Below, piece by piece: positions 40,301 to 50,934 of a DNA stretch of 64,000 nt. The DNA lies in the NCBI GenBank assembly GCA_051362555.1, contig CM120641.1, positions 8,618,001 through 8,682,000 on the forward strand, given 5' to 3'. Origin of the DNA: Lingula anatina (Eukaryota; Animalia; Brachiopoda). The translations under genes were made by a program, and so were the position numbers. The stretch's first letter is position 1, and the number at the start of each line of letters is the position of its first letter. The notes beneath the pieces are model-generated. The model saw nothing but the letters and a program-made list of their open reading frames with translations, did not search any database and had not been told where the DNA came from.

Positions 40301-43300
40301 CATTAATAATAAAATCATCATTTAAGTCAAAAATATTCTTGCGATTTAATAACTATTTTAATTTACCCAGAACGGTATATTTATTTTAAAGGCGGTTAAC
40401 TGAAATATAGTTTTATGATTTGTTTGTGAAAATTGCCCATGTCACCCTGTTAGTTTGGAGGTCTAAGCTGGATCAAGTCCGTGTTAAAATTCCTATGAAG
40501 TTGTGCAGGAAAAATTCTTCCTTTCTTTCTCTAGCTCCTCGATAAACCTGGTGTTCAGATTTTATCTAGTACCCCCAGGTCTACGGGAGCTGCGCTTTGT
40601 AACTAACGACAGGTAGATTTTTACCTGAGATAACTGGAGTAAAGCTTAGATAGAGAGTGCGTTCGATACAAGCAAGACAAATTGAATGCCATTTAACCCT
40701 CTAATTAAGAGGTAAAGGAAGTTCCAGTTAGATGGATGATTAAGATAGGACTTGTAAAGGTAACGGGCATTGTTTACCTCAGTTTAATGAAAGTATGCAA
40801 GACGGAGTGTCAGCGGTTTAATAAAATAAATTGAATTTCACAAATAACATGGACCTCATATGCAATAATCAACATTTCCCTTAACTCATTCAAATGCAGT
40901 GTTTTATACAACTTGGGATAACCATAATGAAATGCTTGTTAAAGAAATGACTAGACGGGAAATGGTTTTACACAGCTTCACGAGGATTTAGACCCCTCGG
41001 GTAAGAGATTTGAATGAGTATAAACTTTTATCAGAAGCCAGAGAAGGCATCTTACAGGTAGACAATGCAGCTCAGTTTGACAGCTAAGCACGCTCTGTTC
41101 TCCAGTGGCTCGATTGTCGTCATTGGACCACGTGACCACGTAGCTCATTAACTCCCAGGCCGAGCAAATAGGACGTTTTTTAAAGCCAAAAATTTACAAA
41201 ATGAGCTTTTAATTTGTGTATTTGGATAAAGATATCGTTAGTTGGGCATGTTTTCTGAAGAATATGTTCCGTTCAGGCCATTCTGACGGCATGAAGCAAA
41301 CCCTTTAATGAGATTGTCAATGAATTGACACTGTATTGCCTTGCACTGTTTCTCATAATTAGCGCAAGTCACAAGGTGGTCCCTGGAGAATTTACGATAA
41401 CCTTTTCCCCACTTTCAGGAGAAATTCTTCAATTTAGCTGCCAGGTATACCAGACAACATTTAAGTCCTTCCGAACTTGTGAATTGCAATGCCCTCTTAA
41501 ACAATCCAGTAAACTGATTTCACCACTGCCATGATTGCTCCATCTCTACCTAGAAATGTTATAAAAGTTACAATTAAATTTTAATTTGGGCATAAAAACC
41601 TACATAAAATGTTAAGTAGTGTTGAAGGTATCCATAAAGAATACTCCAGCACACTATCCCTTACTTTATTTTTCCCTTAATCACCATCAACTGAGACCAA
41701 ATTTCTCAACACAATAAAATTATGAACAATGAATGTGAAAATTTTTACCTATATATACAAAAAAATAAGGTTCAGGGAAATAACATGAGCTTGATGCCCT
41801 ATGTCAATGCGACGCAGCAAACACATTGTTTACATAGTTGTTCAGCATTGCGATATCCCAGAATGCACTGTCAAGAGTTCCTCAAACTGCACAAATATAA
41901 TTACAACACGTGGGTCCGGGACCGTCACGATAATCACTTTGATGTCTATTGCTCTGTGTTTAAATAAATATTGACAAAAAAATAATATCTTACCTTCTAA
42001 AGCTCTGCAAAAAGTCTGTTTAGCTTGAGCTGCTTCCGACGTTTCTTGCATGGCAGCGGACGTCTCATGTCGCATAAGGGTACTCGTTCGAAATTTATTA
42101 GTCCCTTGAAAGAAGATATTGTCCTTTTTTTTCAATGCATAAGCGTTATCGTCGTGTACAAGTCACTTGTAAGTATTTCTCCACCATTTTTGAAACGACC
42201 TTGAAGTTGCATTGCTATTCGACGCGGTATCAGCAGTCGTGACGGCTGCACAAACTTTTGTTCTCTTTTCTGGTGGGAATGTCTGCTGTGCATGATCATG
42301 ATCATCTCCGTCGCTACTGTTCTGAGCCGTTTTAGAGTGATCTTCGGGATCGATTTTCTTTTTAAAACTTAAAATACCATTTTGCTTTCTCCGCCGTCAT
42401 GCACAATGTACGGGTTGATCAAATTGACTTACATGGACAATTAATCTCAGCCTATCAGGGATTCAGGAAAGGAGGGGCGATCGCCACTGATTAGCATAAA
42501 GCGCATGACGTCAGCATAAATTAAGATCTTTGTTAAAACTGCGACGCGTAAAGAATATCTTCGTTACGTTTAACATTAGATCTTGATGTCAAGAGAAGTC
42601 GAGTAAACAATCAAACTTCGGCCGTGAATTTGCTGAATTGGAGGGCGCGTTTAGAACACAAAAATGCGCCGCTGTTAATTCTCTTGAATTTTGTTGGCGC
42701 AGCTCACTCTACGAAATGCGTCAATCACATTTTTTCTGCGTCAGTGACGCAAGGGCGCATCCTAGAATGAACACTGTTGATGAACTTTTTATATATTTTT
42801 TTGCATATTTTGAAAATTCTTGTTGATTGCATTTTTACAGCTTGTCAAGCAAAAGACTGGTGGCTGTGTCCCTTATTTTGTGTATGTGGGGGTCTATACG
42901 AATGTGCTTGCTCCAGCTGGTGGTACAATATTCGGAGGTGGTATCGCCTCTCTGATCCTCTAGTTTGTATATCTAATTATTGTGTTTTTTTTTTTTGGTT
43001 GCTTACATGTTTTGGATATTGTGTCACACATTTCGACTCCATGTATCTTGTGTTGATGATGTTTCGTTTCTAATTCTCTGTTTTGACTGAGAAGACTTAA
43101 TGATGCAATGAACTCTAAGCATTTTTAAACAGAATGAATACATTTGATATTATTCTTGTAATATAATGTTTAACAGCTTTGAAAAATAACTTTTCAATTT
43201 TAACAAGAATAATTAAATTAAAATTTTACACATTCAATTTAACCTTTTTTCAGTTGAAAGAAGATGTAGGGAAATGTGGAGTACTGTACAGTTCTTTAGA

Positions 43301-45536
43301 AACACTGCATGGAACTGTTTGCAAGACAGTGCTTTATCCCTTTGTAAGTACAAAGGAAGTTGACTCAATTATTTATTCTTTCCAATGATTTACTTCTGTC
43401 AGGTCTGTAGTTACTGGTCATTGGTAGTAACTAGTTAATTAAGAGTTAAACAGTGGTACATAATGAAGCTGAAAATGCATTTCTAGACTAGAAAAAGTGA
43501 ATTATCAGTTATGCTTCAAAACTCTTTTTCATCAGTTATTATGTTTCTTTAATGCATGTGTTGTAATCATTTAAATCAATATAAACCATGCATTAACAGA
43601 AGTTTTATTATTATTTCCCTTCAGAATGGCTTTTGGTACAGCATAGGCTGGTGCCTGTTCTTTTTCATTCCAAGTATCATCTTTGCAATGCTTCTTGCTG
43701 GTCAGTATCGCAAGACAGAGGAATATGACCCAAAGCGGGATGATTTTGATCACAGGTAAATCTTAGATTGATAGAAATAATGTTTGTGAAAACAAGTAGA
43801 AGATCACTTTGAATTAACTGTTAGGTCTTTGTGGTTTTGTTTTGTTTACTGTTGATTAATGGGTTTTAGAAGTGCAGTTCACTAATAAGGTTGATGAAAT
43901 TGAGTCGAGGTAATCAATACTTTTGAAAATCAGACAATAAGAATCAGACGCATGTAGTACTTGGAAAAATATAATAAAATTTGTTCAGATTTTTATGAAA
44001 TCCACTTTTTTTGCACATCTATGCATAAAGTTATGGCGCATGCACAAAACAATTGCTTAAAAGGCACTGACAGATCCATTTGACAATACTTACACGATAA
44101 CTGTGAGATGTGCAGCAAGGCTTTTTTTGTACATGACGTTTGATTTAAGGCTACTGTCAGCATTTGCCAAAAACTCCTTATTTACTGCCTTACATTCATT
44201 CTTTTGAATAACAGACAAATCTTCAGTCTTCATTGACTAAATTAAAATTTACACACATGTCACATGGGTCACATCATAATTGTAATTTGGGGGTAAAACG
44301 GTATCTCATATTCCTCCTTTACCTGAGCACCCATGAACACTGTTATGCCCATACCAACTGCTTTCTCACCTCAAAATAGAAAGGTCTTAAATTAATGATA
44401 AACACTTTGAGGCGCCTATGCTTATTTATACATTGCAATGAGAAATATAAACACTAATTTATTTCTTATGTTTTGGAGGGGATTTTTATTGTTTTCAATA
44501 AGCAAAAGATGCGAATGTTTTATTGAATTATAAGAAGCAGGAAAACCCTCATTTTTGGTATCTGGATGATTATAAACCCTTACAGTACCCTTAGTACCCG
44601 AAAATAGCTAGCATTGGATCAATTTAATCAAAAGTTTGATTGCCTCGGCTTATGTGCACGTATGCACTTGGGTTTGTGCTCTTCTTGTCACCTGACTGCA
44701 TGGACTTCCTTGCCATTCCAGTAACTATGAGGAAGACTATCAAGGGGCTTTTCCTGGGGACCATATAGCATTAGATTAGTAAGTCTGAAAAAACACTCAA
44801 TGTGACTGACTTGACTCAGTTATCAGAGATTTTCGATAGGTGCCATCTTCAAATTTTGAGTGGAAGGCCATTACTTTTTCTTCTTATCATTTTCACACCT
44901 ACTGGTAACGGTTTTCAGAAATACTAAACATGGTTTGGAGTGTTGTGTTATACATTTAAGTTAACTTGGTAACATTTGAACACATATACGTTAATAACTA
45001 CTGGGATGGTGAAATTATAATAACAACATTTATGAGTTCTTACACTATTTTAAATTTCAGTATTCCATGCTTGAAATTTTTGCAGTTTATTTTATTGCAA
45101 TTTATAAATATATGTATATACTCAATGCTTCACTACAAAAGGAGCTCCTGGAAACCCCGTGTTAATCCTGCCCTGAAGGTTTTGTTCACTACCACTATTT
45201 TGTATTTTTGATTTGCATGACAACAGCATGAGCAGGAGACAGGGAAAACAAGAGCGCAATGGCGTAAGCAATGCAGGATATGATGACAGGAGAGGAGGAG
45301 GAGGGGGATATCCCTATAACAGTGGTGGTGGTGGTGGCGACCGCTATGATGATAATCGATACAAGGGAACTCCATCAGGAGGGTATGGCCGGGGTTATGA
45401 TGGCTATCATGATAATCGTAGTTATGGCGGGGGGTATGGTGGTAGGGGATCTTATGATCGAAGTGATTCATACGTTGAACCAGTAGCCCCACCCAGTTAC
45501 CACGCTGCCGCTTATGGAAACCACTGGCAGAAGTAA
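5138..45536 (+). CDS. PROM1: prominin (CD133-like pentaspan membrane glycoprotein), 25 exons, ~977 aa
   Basis: join(5138..5411,18717..18811,19342..19550,19840..19978,20435..20501,20836..20919,21317..21519,21835..21924,22177..22240,22569..22642,23156..23235,24835..24981,25399..25534,25756..25814,28647..28728,29192..29353,30674..30757,30915..31010,31394..31444,31861..31941,35835..35903,43254..43343,43625..43755,44722..44778,45227..45536) = 2934 nt, open throughout, all GT-AG. Signal peptide; TM1 plus Cys cluster PIVGCCVCCCRCCCKKCGG; CAFVTNE after TM2; YRWYAGIGL...GLAFGACG (TM3); GANLLLAGVGFTFIF (TM4); NGFWYSIGWCLFFFIPSIIFAMLLA (TM5); many N-glycosylation sequons. The symbol denotes the family, not 1:1 orthology. 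Confidence 0.93.
8822..9094. mobile_element. CpG-rich non-autonomous element with two internal inverted repeats (possibly Crypton-like)
   Basis: IR1: GCTTAAACCACGGC 8834-8847 / GCCGTGGTTTAAGC 8956-8969. IR2: 8971-9086 with arms GTCGCCGAGCTGTACGTGAAA..TTAC / GTAA..TTTCACGTACAGCTCGGCGAC around the loop CTCGCCTGCGGCTCG. No TSD seen; the family label rests on recalled resemblance. Confidence 0.55.
10721..10978. mobile_element. PIF/Harbinger (Tourist-like) MITE, almost fully palindromic
   Basis: Ends GGCTTCATTCACATG / CATGTGAACGAAGCT, flanked by a TAA duplication (10718-10720, 10979-10981). Arms of ~120 bp pair almost to the centre, which carries a TTACTATAAG duplication. Confidence 0.8.
13301..13361. 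repeat. (TA)n microsatellite
   Basis: about 30 TA units. Confidence 0.95.
17023..17060. repeat. perfect 17-bp inverted repeat with 4-nt loop
   Basis: ATTTCAGTAAATACACC-AACA-GGTGTATTTACTGAAAT. Confidence 0.85.
18092..18122. repeat. (CT)n microsatellite
   Basis: about 15 CT units. Confidence 0.9.
23483..24769 (+). mobile_element. Helentron-associated (HINE/DINE-like) non-autonomous element, family A, short copy
   Basis: 5' GTACCACCAGCG..CTGGCGGTAC hairpin; 3' subterminal IR GCTGGTGGTACAAT followed by stem-loop GAGGTGGTATCGCCTC and a CTTGT end; ~2 degenerate copies of the 146-bp satellite monomer (~24180-24420). Homologous at both ends to 35977-42964. Confidence 0.75.
25187..25271. repeat. 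(CA)n microsatellite
   Basis: about 42 CA units; source of the spurious poly-HT ORF. Confidence 0.95.
25862..28355 (+). mobile_element. HINE/pearl-like non-autonomous element, family B
   Basis: 5' T-run then ATGTACAGACACA-GA-TGTGTCTGTACAT hairpin and a (GATGCC)4 microsatellite; ~320-bp internal repeats starting at ~27521, ~27841 and ~28141; 3' subterminal IR GTCTGTACAT (~28326-28335), short stem-loop GACAGCTTTGCTGCC, then TTGT. Confidence 0.7.
28766..28993. mobile_element. possible small MITE
   Basis: imperfect 15-bp TIR CAGACACGGGGAAAA / TTTTCCCCATGTCTA; no TSD recognisable. Confidence 0.35.
30292..30336. repeat. (TG)n/(TGCG)n compound microsatellite
   Basis: direct reading. Confidence 0.9.
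31251..31325. repeat. (GT)n microsatellite
   Basis: about 37 GT units. Confidence 0.95.
32182..35555. mobile_element. 3.4-kb long-TIR DNA transposon relic (Academ-like)
   Basis: Ends TAGTCCAGGAATTTGGTG / CACCAATTTCTTGGACTA with a 3-bp TTT duplication. Arms are built from ~300-bp units (AAGCATGAAATTTGGCAC..., AAAATGGCCGCC), about 3 on the left and 2 inverted on the right. No intact ORF inside. Confidence 0.72.
36729..36925. mobile_element. 197-bp MITE with 71-bp TIRs (TAGTC termini, Academ-like)
   Basis: 36729-36799 versus 36855-36925 inverted with one mismatch; shares the TAGTC end and the AAGCATGAAA.TT motif with the 32182-35555 element; no TSD. Confidence 0.75.
36926..38241. repeat. tandem satellite array, 9 x 146-bp monomers
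   Basis: GAGATAGGTC recurs at 36985, 37131, 37282, 37428, 37574, 37720, 37866, 38012 and 38158 (spacing 146, once 151). Confidence 0.95.
38855..41304 (+). mobile_element. possible Kolobok-type element nested in the hAT relic
   Basis: TTAA on both sides (38851-38854, 41305-41308); ends AGG-N6-TTCATG on both strands (9/15 match); GTCACGTG motifs near both ends; THAP-like start MPRCVAVG at 39151; the hAT remnant stops at the right TTAA. Confidence 0.4.
41310..42201 (-). pseudogene. hAT transposase N-terminal remnant (TTF-type zinc finger, ZNF862-like), intron-containing, disrupted
   Basis: RSFQKWWRNTYK*LVH...NIFFQGTNKFRTSTLMRHETS (~42201-42060); donor AAG/GTAAGA at ~41992; acceptor TTTCTAG at ~41550; then GAIMAVVKSVYWIV*EGIAIHKF; in-frame stops present. 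Confidence 0.65.
44222..44590 (+). repeat. dispersed ~370-bp repeat, copy 1
   Basis: shares TGACTAAATTAA, GTTATGCCC, ACCTCAAAATAGAAAGGT, GCCTATGCTTAT, GAAATATAAACACT, GGTATCTGGATGAT and AAACCCTTACAGTA colinearly with 46060-46424. Confidence 0.75.
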
Positions 45537-46059
45537 GTAAAGGTGACCCAATAAAAGCTTCCCGGAAACTGTGACATTATGGCAATACCCCTGAGGATTT
45601 TACCTGTAACGAAATGGGGTTTGCATGCAGTTTGATGGACTTATATTTATACAGTGTAAGATTCTCAGGGAGTTTGCAGACACTTTCTTTAATTTCCTTC
45701 TATCAGTGTCATCCTTTGTACTTTCTATCTTATGATTTTATTCTTACCTAAATGGAAATCTTTGAGGAAAGGAAATTTGATGTTGATTGTGCTTCTTTAT
45801 TTAATTCTCTATTTCTTTGGCTGATATTTGCCATAATCCAGTGTTTTCTCAAACTGTAACATTTAATTTGTTTTGATTTTCTCTTTTAGTTTCTTTATTT
45901 GCTTACTTTATAGTCTCTGTGCACAAATGCCATAATGTCACTGTTACAGCTTGCATGTGGAAGTTAGTCAGGATTGCTTTTCAGAAGTTAAGTTTAAGGA
46001 TACTGTAAGCGTTTGTTATCTACTGCTTTACATACATTCTTTTGGATGACAGATAAATC

Positions 46060-46424
46060 CTCAGTGTTCAGTGACTAAATTAATTATCATTTACACATGT
46101 CATTTTACAGGTGACGTCATTATTGCAATTTTGGGGTAAAGACCAATGAATTTAATTTTCGTGATAAAATTTTGTTCAGGGATGAAGTTATGCCCCAAAC
46201 CTATTTTGATACCTCAAAATAGAAAGGTTTCAAATTTATGATAAAAGGTTTGAATTGCCTATGCTTATACATAGCAACAAGAAATATAAACACTGATGGT
46301 TCCGAGGGTTTTTTTTTATTGTTTGAAATCAGCACAAAAGTAGATGCATTATTGAGTAATAAGATGCAGGGAAAAAAACTCATTTTAGGTATCTGGATGA
46401 TAAGAAACCCTTACAGTATCCTGT
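46060..46424 (+). repeat. dispersed ~370-bp repeat, copy 2
   Basis: diverged direct copy of 44222-44590. Confidence 0.75.
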
Positions 46425-46777
46425 TAAACTTTTAGCATGCTTTATTCTCCATAATATAATGCACTTTTCCCTTGAACTAAACACTAACCTAACCTGATCT
46501 AATCTGATGTCTCACTTTTTTACAGGGTTTCATTTATTGCAGTCATTTTTTATAAGTATGATGTGTCTGCTTTTAAGGGAAAAATATATCATGTTATATA
46601 GTATTAATATCAAGAATTGTTATTGAATTCAGAAATGAAAGGTTGAATGAATGATTTTTTAAAGGCAATATACAATAACACAATACATTTTCAGATGAAT
46701 ATAATGCCACATTCTTCATCTTGTGACCAATATTTTTACCTCTCCTTTGACTCCATTTTGATTGCTGTTTCCTGTAG

Positions 46778-46790
46778 GAGGCTATGCTAA
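46778..46790 (+). CDS. candidate alternative terminal coding exon of prominin (adds K-R-L-C-stop)
   Basis: Donor AA/GTAAGT at 45532/45533 overlaps the stop codon; acceptor ...TTGCTGTTTCCTGTAG ends at 46777; the junction reads AAG AGG CTA TGC TAA. Confidence 0.35.
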
Positions 46791-49700
46791 AGACACACTA
46801 ATCAGCATGCAAATAGATTATGAATCATTAATGAGAAGATGTACATATATGAAAAATTAAAATTGATTGAAAACTTTAATCTGCATAGACAGTATACACC
46901 ACCTTGTTTCAAGCCTAGTGGAATAAGCTTGTAGCTATAATAGCACAATTTGGCCTTGGTTTAGAGGACACCCAACAGAAATGGGGGAGGGGGGGAATGA
47001 AATTGTATACTTAACTGTTTTTAAAATCACGTTTGTGATTTATATGACTTTGACATCCGGATAAATGCATTATTGTTTGGAAAGAAAGGTACATTGGTGA
47101 TATTTTACCTTTGCAATGTCTTTACGAGGTAGACACTTGTAAATAATATTTACTTTTTTATAAACTCCTGGAGTTTAATCTGATTTCAATTAACAATTAT
47201 TTCAAGAAAAAAGGTCATTTTTAATCTTCAAATTTTTATTGATTATGACACTTTATCACTCTGGACAAAGTATTTTGTAGACATTTTCCAACTAGCTTTT
47301 AAAATGGTGCAATATGTAATGAGTTGATATAATAATGTGAATGAAAACTTCTTGAATAAGTAACCCTTGGAAATTTGTTAGAGTGCTTTTTTGTTGCATA
47401 ACCTTCCGTGTTTGACCAAAGATTCAATAAATTAAGTCGTCTAATTAGTTAGATTACCAGCAAAATGCTTATACCAATTCTAAATGAATGGTTACTTTTT
47501 TCAATAGAAAGTTTGGGAAATATGGGAGCATTCAGATAGACACACTGTACTAGTTGTGTCAGTCCTGCATTGCAGGGGTTTTTGCTAAATGCAGTTGGCT
47601 TAAGTGAAAGACTGTTTGATATATCTGGGTTATTTACCCCCTAGCTGCTCGAAGAGGCATATGACACAATTAAGCCAATTCCACTGATTGCATAAGCAGG
47701 GTTGGACTGACCAAACTAATACAATATATGTCTCTAAATGGGGACTATATTGTAACTATTATGAACAATTTCAATTTATACGATTTTTTTGGTTAATTCT
47801 ATTCTATTGTAGGTTGTATTTTTCTTTTTATTGGAAGTGAAATGTTTTTCTTTCAAAATTTGCTCATTATGATCTCCGGCTTTTCAGCAACAGACACTAC
47901 TAGAACTTGAGTGAGGTATCACCAATTCACCCTTACCACCAGACCAGATAAAAGTATCTGCAGAAGATCTCCTGATGGGCCATAAAATTGGTGCTTTAAG
48001 AAACATCGTTATTTCCATCTTATTCCTTTATACAGTGAGCTGATATTTAGATTCATGACTTTATTATAATCAAGAGTTTCTGGAGTGGAGTTTTTTGATA
48101 CTTACAAGCCTACATATCAACTAAGGAGTTTTGATTTTTTAAACCTATAGCAATACTTAGATTAACAAAAACTGTATACACCTTCAAGTGAAAGGGAAAA
48201 AAAGAGTACAAGAAAGATACAGATTGTGGCAATGACAAGGGTCACTTGATGGATATACAGAGCTTAGAGAGTGAAGATGCAAGTAACAGTGGTAGTCACT
48301 GATTGCCTTAAAAAAACATAGGAGCAACTAGAGTGTAAGTTTGTCAAAGTACACTGCATGTAAATAATACATTTGTAAAAAGAGGTAATTGTGATGAAAA
48401 TTGAAAGCTTTTTTTTTTTCCAATCAGAGGACATTATTTTTAACAGTGGTTTGGTAGATTTGAAGCAGAAATGGTTGCTCTCCCATATGAGTTGGAGTAT
48501 CTCTGTATCAGCCTAGAAAGGAACTTACACTGTCGTGGTTATTAATGTATGGGAGCTAGGTAAAAATTAAATATTGGTTTACAGTAATTTGAAATCAAGC
48601 TATAATTCCATCGAAGAGCAAATGAATTATCTTGGCTCATTTATCTTTTGTATGTCATTAATTTATACTTGATGGTTGTGAAATTTATTTTAACATATTC
48701 GTATATGTTAATTCAAGAGTTAAATTTTAGGGTAAAAGTTGTGAGTCATCTAAGGACTGTATTTTACATGAATGATTGAGTAATTGTTAAAATTGAATGA
48801 CTTTGGGTAAAAGATATTGCTACTAGATGTTGAATCAGTTTGTCTCCAGGAAGCTTTAAACCGTGTGCTGGTCACATGATTAAATAATCTGATTGTTTAA
48901 CAAAAATTGTTGAGTATATATTATATAACATGTTTATTGTTGCATTTAAATCAGTGAAAATCTAAGGTGGAATACATTTGTTGATTAACTGGGAGCTTAT
49001 TAAGTCATTTAAGCAGTATTTGAAGGCAAACTTTGAAAATAATTCGAAGTTATTGCTGCATTTAAGACATTTTGTTTGTCAATGTTTCCAGAAAGTGATT
49101 GTCTTCACCTTTGATTGTAAATAACTTACTTGTTGAGAGAACTGTCTGCACTAACAAATTTTAGTACGAAAATTATTTTAATTAGAAAGTAATGGTTGTG
49201 CACTCAATGTTGTACACTCAATGTTGTACACAAAAGCTTTGTGCAAAGCTTATCATCAATTATAGTTTCTTAGTCCCAGGTATAGGACAGATAGTATTGC
49301 CTTTGCTATTTCCCCAATATTGCATTAAAATATTAGGTTTTTGCTTGGCATGGACATATAAAGTTATGTACCAGTATGTTAAAATGGTTAATTCAGAAAT
49401 TAAATCAAAATCAATATTTTTATAAAAGACAGTTCTTTTTTATGCATTTATAAAAGTTATTGGGGAGGGAAATGTACCAATTTATGATAATTTGTACTTC
49501 TTTGGATTATTGCATTAATGAAATGGGAAATGCTGTAGAGTAATTTGATTTAAAATTTTAATTCTTGTATTATATTTCCTCTTTATGTTTTTTAAAATTA
49601 AATCTCGATTCTTCATAGACAGTTGCCCTTTAGATATTTGCCTTGCCTGTTTTGGCAAGGATAGATTGATTGCTAGCCATATTATATATTAAAGCATAAT

Positions 49701-50934
49701 ACATGTATTACCCAAGACAAACCAAGTTTGACAATTACTTGAGCGCAATATAACCCAAAATAGCAATACAAACAATTTGGTCACGTGTACATACAGCACT
49801 CGTGGAAGCACTACTGACTTGAAGTTAATTTAGATCTTGTTTTAGTATTAAAGAATTAATTTTTATTAATTTCCAAGATGCCTAACTATTTATTTGGCCA
49901 AAATAGAATACTGGAATAACATACATACTTATTGACTTGCACCATGTCATCGTTGTACTTAGGTTATGTTTGTATCTAAGTGTATTTCAATTTGTATCCA
50001 TTTTGGTGTTATTTACTAGTTTGAAATATCCCAGTGACTTTGTCTGTTGTTATCACCACCATTTTGTAAGAGTATTAATATTGTCGCACTATGCAATTGA
50101 CATGTGTACATTTCAATCAAGTTGTGAAGTCAGGGAAGAAAGGTGCCTTTGTTATTGAATACAAACTTGAGTTTTGTTGGAACTTTAAACACATATAATG
50201 ATTTCCTATTGCTTTAAATCTTTGCTTATTTCCAAATCAGCATTCCAATTTAAAATCAAAAGCATTTTGTCATGAAGTGCTATGCAGCTCTTATTATTTT
50301 AATAAAAAAAAAACTAGTATTAGTTGTTGATCCAAATAGTTATTTGACTGATATAGCATAGAGAAGATTTATTCAAGAGTTTGTTAGGTTCCAGATGCCA
50401 CTAATTCTTATGCCTGAAATATTTATCTGCCAATCCAAAGAGGTTTTATCCCAAGGAAATACTTGTATGTTGAAATTAGTTTTACTTTTTGTGCACTCTG
50501 GTATAGTAGAATGTTGTAGGTATACACTGAATGATTGCAAAATAAATGAAATGTTGCATATTTTAATGTTATTGTTTTTAGTCTTCATCTCTCAACATCT
50601 CCTTCACACAGATGTGTAAAATTTTCAGTAAGCTCTTAGCATACATCTTTATTTTCAGGTTCAATCAATAATGTTTGAACATTTTCATTTAAATGTGTGG
50701 AGTAATCTTGTAGTCATATTCAGTCACATTATACAATAATGGAATTCTTCAAAGTCTAAACAGCAGAAAACTGAAATGTGTGATAGTTTTCTGTTTTTGA
50801 ATATGAAATGTGACATGAATATGCAAATCCACTTCACATGCAAAATAATGTGTACATTTGTGTACCTTCCCAATTGGCAATGTCCTGACATTTAAAGGTA
50901 ATAAATGTTTTCAATTACCAAACTGGGGTTTCAA

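Larger units (their letters stand above)
38249..42776 (-). mobile_element. decayed hAT transposon with 17-bp TIR and 6-bp TSD (hAT6-like)
   Basis: TIR CAGTGTTCATTCTAGGA / TCCTAGAATGAACACTG; TTGATG duplicated at 38243-38248 and 42777-42782; minus-strand transposase remnants inside. Confidence 0.8.
35977..42964 (+). mobile_element. HINE-like element family A, long copy hosting a satellite array and nested insertions
   Basis: 5' ATTGTACCACCAGC is the exact inverse of 3' GCTGGTGGTACAAT (~42916-42929), followed by stem-loop GAGGTGGTATCGCCTC and CTAGT. Segments 35977-36716 and 42790-42964 align with 23483-24150 and 24600-24769. Confidence 0.75.

Noticed and set aside
45133-45492. His-rich minus-strand ORF of 119 aa
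   Set aside because: It is the antisense shadow of the Gly/Tyr-rich prominin exon.
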